Source: Octopus vulgaris (taxonomy: Eukaryota). From it: a stretch of 64,000 bases of DNA. The stretch spans positions 7,750,001 through 7,814,000 of the forward strand of contig OX597833.1 in assembly GCA_951406725.2 (NCBI GenBank), read 5' to 3'. The number at the start of each line of letters is the position of its first letter. Within the stretch, counting starts at the first letter, position 1. The notes beneath the pieces are model-generated. The model had not been told where the DNA came from, made no database searches, and worked only from the letters and a program-made list of their open reading frames with translations. The position numbers were made by a program, and so were the translations under genes. Positions 13,289 through 29,217 of the stretch are shown one piece after another.

Positions 13289-13354
13289 TTTATAGCGAAA
13301 TGAATTCACATATATAATAAGTACTTAGTAATATGTTGTATGATATTTGAAACA

Positions 13355-13620
13355 TTGGTTTCAAATTTTACATCGACCCCAAGATACAACTGGTACTTAT
13401 ATCATCGACCTCGAAAGTGTGAAAGGTAAAGTCGGCCTACCATCGCTTGACAACCGACATTGGTGTGTTTACGTCCCCCGTAACTTTGCGGTTCAGCAAA
13501 AAAGAGAACATGTAGAATAAGTACTAGGCTTACAAAGAATAAGTCCTGGAATCGATTTGCTCAACTAAAGGCGGTGCTCCAGCATGGCCGCAGTCAAATG
13601 ACTGAAACAGATACAAGAAT
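13355..13620. mobile_element. SINE B fragment (-) fused to SINE A 3' half (+)
   Basis: ATCGACCCC..CTGGTACTTA..ATCGACC then CATCGCTTGACAACCGA...CAGTCAAATGACTGAAAC. Confidence 0.75.
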
Positions 13621-14139
13621 ATGCTTAAAATAATTTTTCACAATTTCTCTCACTTCAAGTTTCATCCTTAAAAACTGATTCAAATATTTAATACACACAA
13701 AACCCACAAAACCCAGATGCACACCAAGTCTGCACCTAAGGTTCCTTATGTCCTGGTCCAGTTGAATTTCTGCATTCTTATTGAAAACTTGAAAACTTTT
13801 TATTTAGGGTTATAAGCAACGAAAGTAGAAGAAATAACGTAGTCATTAAAATTTATTAAATAAAATTAAAACATTTTTATTTTATTTTATATCATATTTT
13901 ACTTCTTGTTTAAGAAACATTTCAAATATGAACGGACACGCTGGAGCACAGCCGAAACATATAAAAGAATATAAATATACAGACAGACAGACAGACAGAC
14001 AGACAGGCAGACAGATGGACAGACAGACAGACAAACAGACAGATAGACAGACAGATAGTTATGCGTATATATACACGTATGTGCCTATAAATATATATGT
14101 GTGCCCGTCTGTGCTAAACACACACGTACATATACATGC

Positions 14140-14201
<62 letters not shown>

Positions 14202-14239
14202 CATACATATATAATTCTTTATATATATATATGTATGTA

Positions 14240-14402
<163 letters not shown>

Positions 14403-14419
14403 TATATGATATATATATA

Positions 14420-14503
<84 letters not shown>

Positions 14504-15170
14504 TACATATACATATATATAATTCTTTAAATTTCTACTCCGCGATTGACAAACATTTCTTGGATTTTCTGTTGGTGTGGAATACTTCGGATTATCGGAT
14601 TATCTGGATTCTTTTTCCCTCCGTGCATTCTATTGGAATTTACCCGAGCGTTGACTGAGGTAACCGTCTGCATTTCATTAATCTTCCTTTACATAATACA
14701 TATACTCACATACACACATACGCACACGCACACACATACGCATTCACATATATAAATTGATAGGTTTCGAATGACCCGTCCGTGTTTTTTGCATCGTCTA
14801 TTTGAATGTTTTGCGTTCTTGTCCCATTTTGTATATATATATATATAAGTTCAGCAACAATTTAGATTCAAATGAATATGGCACTTAATTTAGATGCACC
14901 AGAATTTTTTATGGTAGAATTTTTTATGGCATCTGAACTACACTACCTCATGTTCCTAAGATTCATATCTACATCTTTATCTGTATATTTACCTTCCCTA
15001 AGATGTTATTAATTGATTTGAAAAATCTATATTATTGGAAAACCTATATAAATTAGCTGAAGATTACTCGGCATCTTAAATCTGCTGTAGTATTTACAGC
15101 TTTTAATAAAATTTTGTAGTATGAAACAATTGTACTAAATTACCGGATTCATTCTTGTTGCTTATTTTTG

Positions 15171-15263
<93 letters not shown>

Positions 15264-15613
15264 GTATATGTATATATGTATATATATGTATATATATATA
15301 TATATATGTATGTATATACACGTATATGTATACACACATATATATGTATGTATGTTTGTATGTATGTATGTATGTATATATGTATGTATGCATGCATGTA
15401 TGTATGTACTTATATATTTGTAAAAAAAATGAACAGAAGTGACTTCTCTGTTAATTTTTCCTCTTGAATAATCAGATGTTTATCTAATTATTAAAGTGGG
15501 AAAATCATCACAGAAACCATTTCATATTTCATATTTTCAAATATTACTGTAACAAGGATATACTATTTCCTCTTATTCTACTCTATATTCATATATATAT
15601 ATATTTATTTATT

Positions 15614-15678
<65 letters not shown>

Positions 15679-15690
15679 ATGTGATATGCA

Positions 15691-15724
<34 letters not shown>

Positions 15725-15733
15725 CATATGATA

Positions 15734-15861
<128 letters not shown>

Positions 15862-15889
15862 TGTATATATATGTATATATATGCATATG

Positions 15890-15950
<61 letters not shown>

Positions 15951-15980
15951 CAAGTTGGAAAGGAGCACACGAGTTGGAAT

Positions 15981-16367
15981 ATATATGGAAAAAAAGTCAA
16001 GGTAGAAAATGCTAAAGTAATTTTATAAAAAACATTTCAGAACCGGTTTTCAGTCATTGAGATTTTTCAAATATATGGATGGAAAACAATTATATGAAAA
16101 GTTTTTAAAAGAATATTTGCATAGTATTCAAATACAAGGGGCATTTCCTTGTTTCTGCAAGAGAGATACAGACAGGCAGAAACGAGGAAAATACCCCTTA
16201 TATTTGAATACTATGCAAATATTCTTTTAAAAAATTTTTCATATAACTTTTCCAAAATTTAATTGTTTTCCATACTTACAGTTGAAAAAGTTTCAATGAC
16301 CAAAACCGGTACAGAAATGTTTTTTATAAAATAATTTTAGCATTTTCTACCTTGACAGTTTTACCAT

Positions 16368-16370
<3 letters not shown>
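15981..16370. mobile_element. ~390-bp foldback element between (TA)n tracts
   Basis: Arms 15981-16158 and 16176-16370 are imperfect reverse complements around a 17-nt loop; each arm has a decayed HHR-like TTGAAAAA.T.TCAATGAC..AAACCGGT. Confidence 0.8.
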
Positions 16371-16425
<55 letters not shown>

Positions 16426-16458
16426 ATATATATATATATATATACATACATACATACA

Positions 16459-16489
<31 letters not shown>

Positions 16490-17109
16490 TTATACACACA
16501 CACACACACATATATATAAGTACAGATGTGTATATATACACACGTATACGCATATACGCATATCAAATTTAATAATGGCTTTACTGGAATGTAGAAATAT
16601 ATCAATGTATAATTCTACATTCCAGAAAAAAACAATAATATCCATCTATATATATATATATATATATTACATATATATATATAAAATATACATATATTAC
16701 AAATATATGCATATATATATAATACATTCTATATATGTAAAATGTTATGAATATTATATATGATATATATATATTATATATAACATACATGATACCCAAT
16801 ATGTATAATATATATAGATATGTGTGTGCATAAATACATATATATATATATATATCAATATATATATCGATATATGTGAGCATATATATATGTATGTGTG
16901 TGTGTATCTATATATATTATACATATGGAGTATTATGTCTCTTATACATAATGTATTATAAATATATATATATAAATGATAAATTCCATATATATAAAAT
17001 ATGTTATGCATATCATATATATATATATATGGATATATATACACACACATATATGTATGTGTGTACATACATATATATATGTACACACACATATAAATAT
17101 ATATATATG

Positions 17110-17176
<67 letters not shown>

Positions 17177-17209
17177 ATATATATATATATATATATACGC
17201 TTTCGATGC

Positions 17210-17555
17210 ACAGGTGTGATAACAAGATTGCTTTTTAACCCCATGGTTCCAGGTTCAGTCCCAAGCATAGCACCTCGGAAGAGTCTTCTCTACCATAGCG
17301 TCGATCGACCGAGGCATTTTCAGTGGATTTCGCAGATGGAAAGTCAAAGACCGACGTAGATATATATGCGTATTTGTGTGTGTATCTGTGTTTGTCCTCA
17401 ATCACAGCTTAGCAGCCGGTGTTAGCTAGTTTACGTCACCGTGTCTTAGCGTTTTAAAAGCTTTACCAAAAATAAATACAGAGTTTGATTCTTTCGACTA
17501 AAATTTTTCAAAGCGATGTCGCAACAACACAGCAGTCCAATAATTGAAACATGTA
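17210..17555 (+). mobile_element. SINE family A, old diverged copy
   Basis: CCATGGTTCCAGGTTCAGTCCC ... GCAGTCCAATAATTGAAACATGTAAAAGA. Confidence 0.7.
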
Positions 17556-17638
17556 AAAGATTACACAATATTATTTAATGTAATATATATGATATATATA
17601 TATATATACATATATGTATATATATATATATATAGACA

Positions 17639-17744
<106 letters not shown>

Positions 17745-18062
17745 TATATAAATATATATATATATACATATATATATTATATTAAATTAGAGATAAAACC
17801 ACTATTAGGCAAATCAAACAGTGAAAATCATAAGCCAATACGTAAAATTAATTTAAAAATATAAAAGTTAAAAATAAAAAATTATTTAAATAATTTAAAC
17901 TTATAAATTTATATATATACAAATATATATATATGTATGTATGTATATGTTTATAATTATATATTATTTTATTAATTAATTAATTAATTAATTTATTTAT
18001 TTTAATATCAAAAGTATTAAAAGTTTAATATATATATATCTATATATATGTATGTATGTATG

Positions 18063-18135
<73 letters not shown>

Positions 18136-18304
18136 GTGTCTACGTGTATGTATATAATATTATATTACTTAAACATATATATATATATATATAATATATA
18201 TATATATATATAATTAGATATATATACATACAAACATATATGCATCATACATACATACATATATATGCATATGTGTGTGTATACAATATATGTGTATATA
18301 TACA

Positions 18305-18355
<51 letters not shown>

Positions 18356-18666
18356 ATGTATGTATGTATGTATGTATGTATGTATATGCACACACACACA
18401 CACATACAGCGGATGCAAATGTAGGTATAAAGTAGGCATCACGTCAATGTTTTAATACTGAATTCATTAAAGTTTTTTGCGCATTCAACTTGTTAGCCTC
18501 ACTTTCGATATTTTCATTAACCATAATTATTACGTTTACCATAACCGTAATAATACTTTTGATAAAAGTAAATGAGTATTGTACATGTCTTCTTTTTTCA
18601 TAACTGTATACCTACTTTTTCTCCACCCTGTATATACATACATACATACATACATACATACATACA

Positions 18667-18782
<116 letters not shown>

Positions 18783-20245
18783 AATATTGACCGCTAAATC
18801 CAGAAGCTTTTTTTTAATGTATGTGTATATATATATGTGTGTGTGTGTGTGTGTAGTAAGTGTATGTATTAATTACGTTGAGTTTTATATAATTTAGTAT
18901 AAATTGTAAACTTATAAATACATATATAATATAAAAAAGAATGAAATACATATAAATTTAACAATAATATATTTATATAATATATATTTAATATAAACAA
19001 ATTTGTGTATGTATGTGTGTATATATATTTATATGCATGTATATGTATATGTATATATGTATGTATATGTATATGTATATATGTATGTGTAAGTATATAT
19101 GTATGTGTGTATGTATGTATGTATATATGTATATATATATATGTATATTTGTATATATTTGTATGTATGTATGTATGTATATATATATATGTATATTTGT
19201 ATATATTTGTATGTATGTATGTATGTATATATATGTGTATTTACATAGATACATACATGCATACGCACATACATACACCCATACATACATACATGTGCAC
19301 ATACATACGTACATACATACACACATACACACACGCATATACATACATACGCAGTGGGAGAGAATAAAAAATATACTTTCGGGAGTATATAGTAACGCAA
19401 CATTACAAACAACTGCATCTATAATGCTTGGTATTGATTATCCATGTATAATAGTTAATATTAGAGGCTCTAATAGACATTGATTCTTATAATAATAATA
19501 ATAATAATATCAGACACTAAAATAGGCGTCGACGGTTAGAATGGATGATGTTGGTGGTTAATGGCGTTGTTGTTTAACCGCAGGTCGGCCTTCATCGGGC
19601 AGACCACTGATCAAATATATTGCATTAACGACCATCATATCTACAAATAATATGAACCAGCGACCATTGTATAATGTGAGGGATGTTTGGTTGCTTTTTC
19701 TACAAGAGCAAGCGATTATACAAAGGTCCCATTCTGGTTCATGGTAGCTTTATTAAATACTGGACGTTTTAACGAGGGATTAGTCCAAAATGGCGAATTA
19801 CTGACCGCGTAGAGAACGGAAACACGTCATTGTTGCTTCATTTGTTAAGATTTGGGTTAATATTAAGTAATGCTTACATCTGCTGATTGTTTAACAGAAG
19901 AGAAGAAAGAGAAGAATAGAAGACAAACAGAGAGAGAAAGGAAAAGGAAGAGTTTAATCTACACAGGACATTGCCCTGTTATAAACAGTGTGTGTGTGTG
20001 TGTGTGTGTGTATTTATGTATGCATATATATTCGATGCGTTCACCGAGGTAATATGGCGGTTTTGAGAATAGACATATGAAGCCTTCAACAGACATTCCT
20101 GGTTAAATATAAAACACAGAGTATTGTCACAAGTCATGGTATCTCTCTGTATATACACTCACTTTAATATAAACCCACGTATGCCCTGTGTCTCGCCTAT
20201 CCTATCTGTCTGCTTAATATATTTACGTAAACGTATATATATATA

Positions 20246-20287
<42 letters not shown>

Positions 20288-20309
20288 TCACTCTATATAT
20301 ATATCACTC

Positions 20310-20343
<34 letters not shown>

Positions 20344-20536
20344 ATAAACATGTATATTATCTTTCGCACACAATAGAAAATATTTTTAGTGCAAACAATT
20401 TCCAGCAAAAGAACTTTTAACGAAAATTAAAAAATAGATATATTCATATACACACAGCATTTGTGTAATTAAATAGACTGAACTATAAAACATATACGCA
20501 CTCGACAATAGAAACAGTTCTCCCCCTCTCTCCCTC

Positions 20537-20619
<83 letters not shown>

Positions 20620-20924
20620 CCATACATAACATACATACAAACATAAATACAAACACATATACATGCATGTATCCACATACAAATACCTACACGCGCGCAC
20701 GCACACGTACACACATATGGTGGATACAGTGGTACTCATATACGTATACATATATACGTGTGTATGTGTGTATATGTATGTATATTTGTGTATGTATATA
20801 TATATATATATATGTGTATGTGTGTGTGTATGTATGTATGTGTGTATGTATGTATCTATGTATGTATGTATATAAATATGTACGTATATATGTGTGTGTG
20901 TATGTATGTACGTATGTATGTATG

Positions 20925-21205
20925 CATGGTGCAGTGTGGCTCAGATGAACACTTTTCAATTGCGTGGTTCGGGGTTCAGTCCTACTGCGTGTCTTCTAGC
21001 ACAACTCCGGGCTGAATAATGCCTTTTGAATGCATATGAGATACTGTGAGTGTGTGTTTGTGTTTATCACCCGCTCCCACACCGCATAACAACCGGTGTT
21101 GCTTTTTTTACTTCCCCGTAATCCAGTGCTTCGAAAATAGATATAAATAAACACCAAAAAGTCTTTAAAATTTGGTAAGCGTTGGGGTCGATTTCTTGGA
21201 TTAAA
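20925..21205 (+). mobile_element. SINE family A, old diverged copy
   Basis: GTGGTTCGGGGTTCAGTCCTACTGCG..CAACCGGTGTTG..GGGGTCGATT. Confidence 0.6.
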
Positions 21206-21346
21206 CTAGTGGCTCTTGACCTTTGTTTTTCCTAAGGACATCTTTGATTCTTATTTACTGGGACAGACCCTCATTGCCATTGAATGTTTAAAAAAAATCT
21301 TGTGAAATATTTATAATTAAACACTATTTGGAATTGCATAAGATGT

Positions 21347-21564
21347 TTACTCTTTTACTCTTTTACTCTTTTACTTGTTTCAGTCATTTGACTGCGGCCA
21401 TGCTGGAGCACCGCCTTTAGTCGAGCAAATCGACCCCGGGACTTATTCTTTGTAAGCCCAGTACTTATTCTATTGGTCTCTTTTGCCGAACCGCTAAGTG
21501 ACGGGGACGTAAACACACCAGCATCGGTTCTCAAGCAATGCTAGGGGGACAAACACAGACACAC

Positions 21565-21599
<35 letters not shown>

Positions 21600-21766
21600 C
21601 ATATATACGACAGGCTTCTTTTAGTTTCCGTCTACCAAATCCACTCACAAGGCATTGGTCGGCCCGGGGCTATAGCAGAAGACACTTGCCCAAGATGCCA
21701 CGCAGTAGGACTGAACCCGGAACCATGTGGTTGGTTAGCAAGCTACTTACCACACAGCCACTCCTG
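21347..21766 (-). mobile_element. SINE family A, full length
   Basis: Near-identical reverse complement of 12370-12790 with (TTTTACTC)n tail. Confidence 0.92.
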
Positions 21767-22047
21767 TTTGTTAAAACATTTTGAGTATTGCAGATGTGGA
21801 ACCAATTTATGGCAGATAACTTTTAACAGCAGAATCTTATGTAGGCCCCCAACGGTCAAGCAAACCCTGGTTCAGAAACACTGGATTAAAACTTTCTGTA
21901 CGGTGCTCCAGCATGGTCGCCGATCAATATCTGAAACGAAAGAGATAAAAGAGACAGGCAGACAGGCAGACAGGCAGACAGACAGACATAGAGAGAGACT
22001 GACACACAGACCGATAGATATATACAGATAGATTGATAAATATATAT

Positions 22048-22450
22048 GTTTCTTTATTAGCCACACAGGGCTGCACACTGACGGGACAAATTACAAGGTA
22101 GAGCTTTTCTTTGGGGGTAGAAAAAAGTGGGGTAGGTTTTCGATCAAAAGGGATCGCAAAAAGGAAAGAAAAAGGAAAGAGAAAGAGGAAAGCTAAAAAA
22201 ATCGATCAATAGGGATCGTGTATCACAGAAATGTCATGATATAAAGTGTAAAGGGGGAAACAGATGAGGTTTATCCGTGGAAAGAAAAGCCTACAGAAAA
22301 GACCACGGTGACCTCGGTCAATAATGCAACATCTTAACACATTTATTTGCAAGAAAGTAACTCTGTTTTAAATTTTTCCGGGTTCATAGGATCATACTCA
22401 AGGTGGCTTCGTCATTCATAGGTGCCATCCTTGCTACATTCACCCATCTT
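22048..22450 (-). mobile_element. LINE 3' end (Tx1/L1-like)
   Basis: Minus strand [21 protein letters not shown] followed by a pyrimidine-rich 3'UTR ending CCCTGTGTGGCTAATAAAGAAAC; clade call is tentative. Confidence 0.45.
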
Positions 22451-22479
22451 TAGACAGACAGACAGGCAGACAGACAGAC

Positions 22480-22545
<66 letters not shown>

Positions 22546-22555
22546 GTAGATATAG

Positions 22556-22594
<39 letters not shown>

Positions 22595-22884
22595 GACACG
22601 CGCGCGCGCCACAAGTACACAGACAGACAGGCAGAAAGAAAGACAGGCAGATAAATATATACGATTACTCTAATTTTCATTTGTATACATAATAATTATC
22701 TACTTGAGACCAAGTCTGTGCACGCACGCGCACACACACACACACACACACACACATGTACAGAGATACAAACACACACACACACACACATATAAATACT
22801 TATACATGTACATGTAGGTACATATCGATATATGTATATATATGTGTATATATGTGTGTGTGAGCGTACGTATGCAGATATGCC

Positions 22885-22933
<49 letters not shown>

Positions 22934-23089
22934 ATACACTTGTACAAATGTATATATTTATATACACCCGTCCGTCGTATGTAAATACACAAAGTCAATG
23001 GTGTTTATAGAATTTAACACAAACAATAACAAATGAACACAAACATTAAGATACTTACATATATATACACCCCGGCACACACACACACG

Positions 23090-23137
<48 letters not shown>

Positions 23138-23329
23138 CACACATATATATGTATATATACATATATATGAGCAAGTATATGTGTGTATATTCACATACAC
23201 ACGTACACACGCACACACGTTCGCGCGCGCACAAACGCACGGGCACCCACGTGCAATTATATATACAGATAATATATATATGTATATATACACGCATACA
23301 AACTCATGCCCACTTAGACACCATCATGC

Positions 23330-23535
23330 AGGCATATACACACACACACACATACATACATGCATACATACATATGTACATATATACATACATGCACGCA
23401 TGCATGCATACATACGCACATACACATATATACACACGCATACATACACACATACATACACACACATAAGTACATACATACACACATACATACATACATA
23501 CACACATACATACATACATACATACATACATACAC

Positions 23536-23566
<31 letters not shown>

Positions 23567-23644
23567 CATACATACATACATACATACACACATACATACA
23601 TACACACATACATACATACATACATACATACATACACACATACA

Positions 23645-23676
<32 letters not shown>

Positions 23677-24000
23677 CACATACATACATACATACATACA
23701 CACATACATACATACACACATACATATACACATACATACATACATACATACACACATACATACATACATACATACATACATACATACATACATACATACA
23801 TACATGCATACATACATATGTACATATATACATACATGCACGCTTGCACGCATACATACGCACATACACATATATACACACACATACATACACACATACA
23901 TACACACATACATACGCACACATTCATACATACATGCATACAGTCACTCATATATACATACATACACACATACACACATACACACATACACACACGTACG
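23330..24000. repeat. (CATA)n/(CA)n compound microsatellite with duplicated ~110-bp block
   Basis: CATGCATACATACATATGTACATATATACATACATGCACGC occurs at ~23359 and ~23803. Confidence 0.9.
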
Positions 24001-24263
24001 TACGTACACCTCACGGTCATACGTCACACTCTCGTCCGATGCTATACACACTTAGACATACGCGCACAAAAACTCTTGCACGCCTTGATAAACTTATACA
24101 AGTATACAAACAACACATATACAACAACACATACTACACGTATACACTCATGCAACACGTGCATACAAACATATACATGCACACTCATACGAATATATAT
24201 ATGTATATATCTATATTTATGCATGAATACATACATATATATGTATATGTATATATAGATATC

Positions 24264-24312
<49 letters not shown>

Positions 24313-24524
24313 ATTTGAGTGTGTATATATATGTATATATATATACATACACACACAGAGTGGCTATTGTTGTATGTTGTGTATATAGGAGAATGATAGC
24401 TTCGAGTAGCAACATCAACAAACACAACCTCACCGACTGGATTTGGTTTACACCAAACAAGACACGGATTGGAGATAGTGTATACACACATACATATACG
24501 TGCACATACATACACATATACATA

Positions 24525-24569
<45 letters not shown>

Positions 24570-25150
24570 GTATATATGAGTATATATATATATATATATA
24601 TATACGTATATATATGAGTATGTATATAGGTATATATATATATGAGTATATATATATATATAGACATACATTATATAAATACAAGTATAAATACACATAT
24701 ACATGCATACATATATACTTAATACACACACACAGATGTACATATATATACACATATATACATGAGCTTGGACATGTGCACGAGGAGGGGGTGCGTATAG
24801 TATTGAATGAATAAAAGAAGTCTTCGTATCATTCGTTTCTTTTTCCATTCATCCGAAGCCGAACCTCGGCCTTACTCTGTGTTATGTCGTTCCTTATATA
24901 TATATACACACACATACACACATACACTATTGAGAGAACAAACGATAGAAAGTGACCCCCAACGCTTTTGGCAGGAGCTACATGTATTTTTCGGAACAGT
25001 TTGAATCGTACGTCCTTAAGTGGGCGTTGGGCGCATGAAGATCGGATGCGGAAACTCGTGAGGCAAAGATGTCGGGAAAAGTATCAAGAAAAGAAACCTC
25101 ACATACATAAACACACATATATGCATATATACATATACATACGCACACAC

Positions 25151-25232
<82 letters not shown>

Positions 25233-25321
25233 ATATATATATATATAACTTTATATGCATTTATTATATGTATGTATATATATATGTATGTATGTATGTA
25301 TGTATATATATATATATATAC

Positions 25322-25482
25322 ACGACGGGTTTCTTTCAGTTTCCATCCACCAAATCCACTCCCAAGGCTTTGGTCGGTCCGAGGCTATAGTAGAAGACAC
25401 TTGCCCAAGGTACCACGCAATGGGACTGAACCCGGAACCATGTGGTTGGGAAGCAATCTTCTTACCACACATCCACGCCTGC
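25322..25482 (-). mobile_element. SINE family A, 5' half
   Basis: ACGACGGGTTTCTTTCAGTTTCC...GGGACTGAACCCGGAACCATGTGG...ACGCCTGC on + strand. Confidence 0.85.
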
Positions 25483-25490
25483 ATGTGAGA

Positions 25491-25603
25491 TGCTTACAGC
25501 CCTTAGGTTTTCCAATCCCGTCTGAGTATTCACGAGGGTCGCCGTTGCTTAGGTTCGTTGATCGTACGAGAACCGGTGCAGTCAACGTGATATGGCCGTA
25601 AGC
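25491..25603 (-). pseudogene. 5S rRNA pseudogene
   Basis: GCTTACGGCCATATCACGTTGACTGCACCGGTTCTCGTACGATC...GCTGTAAGCA; 5' half matches molluscan 5S, termini pair (GCTTAC/GTAAGC), box C region degraded with a deletion; 113 nt. Confidence 0.85.
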
Positions 25604-26441
25604 CATATGTATATTCATATACAGCTTAACTTTATAAACGAAGAAATAATCCTCTCGCTTAAACAATTTTATATTTATTCAATATTTTCATCTTCCAGTT
25701 CCGTGTGTTTTTTCTTCTTTCTCTTGTTAATCTTTGAGACTTTGTCACTATAATTTCGAAATTTAAATATTATTCTAGTGTAGATAAATATGAAGAATAG
25801 AATCCTCATTCACCGTGGTGCCAAAGACTTTGTTTCTTTAATTCAGGAGAACTGCTATCATAATGAAAGTATTCAAATATATTCGTGAACTAAAATATTT
25901 CGGGGTTGAAAGGAAGAATAGGAACCGACATAAGTGGGTTCATAATTCTATTGATTTCCTTTCCATCGCAGCCTGATTTCAATTCTCAGAGCTAAATCCT
26001 ATCGCCAAATATCTTTTTGCACTCGACTCGTCTTATCTGATCTCCATTAACTAAACAAATATAATCCCTATTGAAGTATATATTTTTCTGTATTATACCG
26101 AAGGCTTTAATCTCACTGAATCGTTCACGTAACTGCAAGAGGATGATATCAAATAACCACGGGACAGACTTACAATATCAATGTTTGTTTCTCAAATTTA
26201 TTTTTGAAATTCTGTAAAGAAAATAAACCTTCAGAAAAGAAGCCGGGAATGAGACATCCCGGATGTAGTGAACAAAGGAGTTTAGCTTCGTTGCGGGGGA
26301 AAGGCTTTCTTTTCTTCCAGAAAAGTTATCTGCGGCCATCTTAGAACACAAGCAACTTTTTTATGTACAAGTATAGAACAAATTATCTTCTCTGTATCAG
26401 ACCCTAAAAAGTCAATAAGATTAACACCTCTCAATATAAAA

Positions 26442-26547
<106 letters not shown>

Positions 26548-26807
26548 AGAGAGACAATGTAAATATGTATATGTATGTATGCTTACAAATATACATAGAT
26601 GGATGTACGTATTATGTACCTAAGAGCACTGCTGTGGAGGAAATAATATAGAACTCAAAAGTAGAGCGAGATACAGAGATTTATTGAACCTGAAAAACTT
26701 CACAAACTACTGCTCAGTGTTTCGCGTAAATGATCGTCAGACATCTGTCAAATGATCGGTTACCTTAAATCATTATATGTTCGTATATGTGTGTACGCAT
26801 ATGAATA

Positions 26808-26852
<45 letters not shown>

Positions 26853-26855
<3 letters not shown>

Positions 26856-26985
26856 GGTTGTCAAGAAAATTCTTGCGGTTTGCTCAAACAAAACTTTATT
26901 AATCGAAATAAACACCATCAGAATCAACACATTTTTGCCAACGCGAAACAAGTTTATTTATGCCAGTAGCGGCGTAAAAATCCTG
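26853..26985 (-). mobile_element. mariner transposon 3' end fragment
   Basis: FYAATGINKLVSRWQKCVDSDGVYFD* is a mariner transposase C-terminus; TIR-like TTAGGTTG next to (TA)n. Confidence 0.85.
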
Positions 26986-28393
26986 GTGTTGGTATGAGAA
27001 ATATATTCGCCAAACAGCTTATAACAACACAGATTTTTTATCCGTTTTTTTCCGAATATTTCTTTTCTCTCTCTCTTGACAAAGAGCCATTGCTCAAAAC
27101 ATTGATCCCCAGGGCAAAATACACCGTGACCAGGTGATAGAAGATCGCTGCGAAATTGTTATCGATAACTGAATTAAACGATATAATGTCCTTATTGGCG
27201 AAGGCGTTGTTCTAGGATTAAGAAGATCACCTTGCAATCGCATGGTTCGAAGTTCGATTCTACTGCGCAACGTTTTGGACGAGTCTTTGGCCTAGCCTCG
27301 GCAGTAAAATAATGCAGCGAGAAACTATGTAACATCGTAAAGATAATGCACTAGTTTTGGAGTTGTTGGATTAATCTGTCAACTAATCTGGATTAAGATC
27401 ATCAATGCCACTACATCACCTATTGGTGTCTTTAAATGTTTCTCGTCTGTTTCAAGCATCCAAGGAAATATCATTTCCATCAGTCTTGAGCGTTCTATAA
27501 AAGGGTTGGAGGCCTTGCCCTTCCTCTCGTAAGATAATAAGGACAGACAACTCTTCTAGTATATTGATCTTCAAAGTCTGTATGAACGGAAATCAAATCG
27601 TTTACGGTATATTTGTTGAAATCAGATCACAAGGAATATTCTTATTCAAATAAACCCCATTTATTGGGTCTTCCACGAAAACCCTTGTCGGTATAGATAC
27701 ACCGCAGATGTTAAGCCCTTTAATTTTTTGTTGTGAGATCCCTAATTCGAAAAATTTGTACTGAGATACGCCTATCAATGTCCCCTTCTCTACACAAGGG
27801 ATGTATAACCGTTTATTGATTTAGACACTCATTATACACTCTGTGTATATATGTGTGTATATGTATGTGTATATGAATGTATGTGTATATGTATGTGTAT
27901 ATGTGTGTGTGTATATGTATGTTTGTGTGTATGCATAAAGATATATATATAAACACATATACAGACACATATTTATGTGTGTGTGTGTGTGTGCATGAAT
28001 GTGTGTATGGGTGTAATGTATGTGTGTGCGCGCGTATACATATATATAATTCTGGGGGTGGGTGATAATGCTAATGATGATTATGATGAAGAAAATGATT
28101 ACGCGCGATGGAGGGAGGTTGAGGAGGAGAATGGTGATGATCATGGTGATCGTTATGATAGTGTTGAGTCTAAACATGGTGATGATGATGATGATGATGA
28201 TGACAATGTGTCAGTACAGAACACAACCACACCTAACCACGACGACCAACACCACCACCAAGACCCCCACCCCACCGCAGCCCATATCTTTCACACTTGC
28301 TAACCCAAAATTTCAAAAACAGGCAGAAGAGATTTGTATTTGATGGGGAGGCGGTGGATTGTAGGACGGTGTTCACTATCAAAACACAGACTC

Positions 28394-28447
<54 letters not shown>

Positions 28448-28540
28448 ATCTACACATGTATATTAGTTGAACTGTTAATCCTAACAGAATTTTCTCTCTC
28501 CATCTTTTTTTCCTTGTCCTTTTTTATTTACTCTCAATCC

Positions 28541-28576
28541 TTTCTGCCGAAGAACGTAGGCTCGAAACGTCAAAAA
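28541..28576 (+). ncRNA. Candidate minimal hammerhead (core CTGCCGA) in a ~200-bp short element (~28460-28665)
   Basis: TTT-CTGCCGA-A-GAAC-GTAG-GCTC-GAAAC-GTC-AAA; same layout as 48508-48542. Confidence 0.45.
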
Positions 28577-28669
28577 CTTTTCCATTCTTCCCGAGCGTCA
28601 AACTAATAAACCTGCCTGTTGTTCTCTTTTTTCATCTATTGTTTTCTGTAAATTTGAACTATATGTGTT

Positions 28670-28924
<255 letters not shown>

Positions 28925-28966
28925 TTATTATTCATATATATATATAATATACATATACATGCATAT

Positions 28967-29217
28967 AGAGGGTGCGGCCAATATATTGTTATCTAAATTA
29001 TGCAAAAATGAAAATAACACTGACATCTCATTTTAACATATTTACCAAAATTACATAAAAATATTTAAAAATACTAAAGAATAAATTTATTCAATAAAAT
29101 CGGCATTGGCTTCAACCACAGACTCCAGACGAGTCGAAGTCTCTTGCAAGTCTTCTAGACGGTCTCCTTAATTAAATTGGTGAATAAGTTTTGTTGGTCT
29201 CTCGCTCAACTGCTTCC

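Noticed and set aside
26705-26745. CTGACGA..GAAAC..GTA on the minus strand
   Set aside because: Stems I and II pair poorly; may be a decayed member but not supportable alone.
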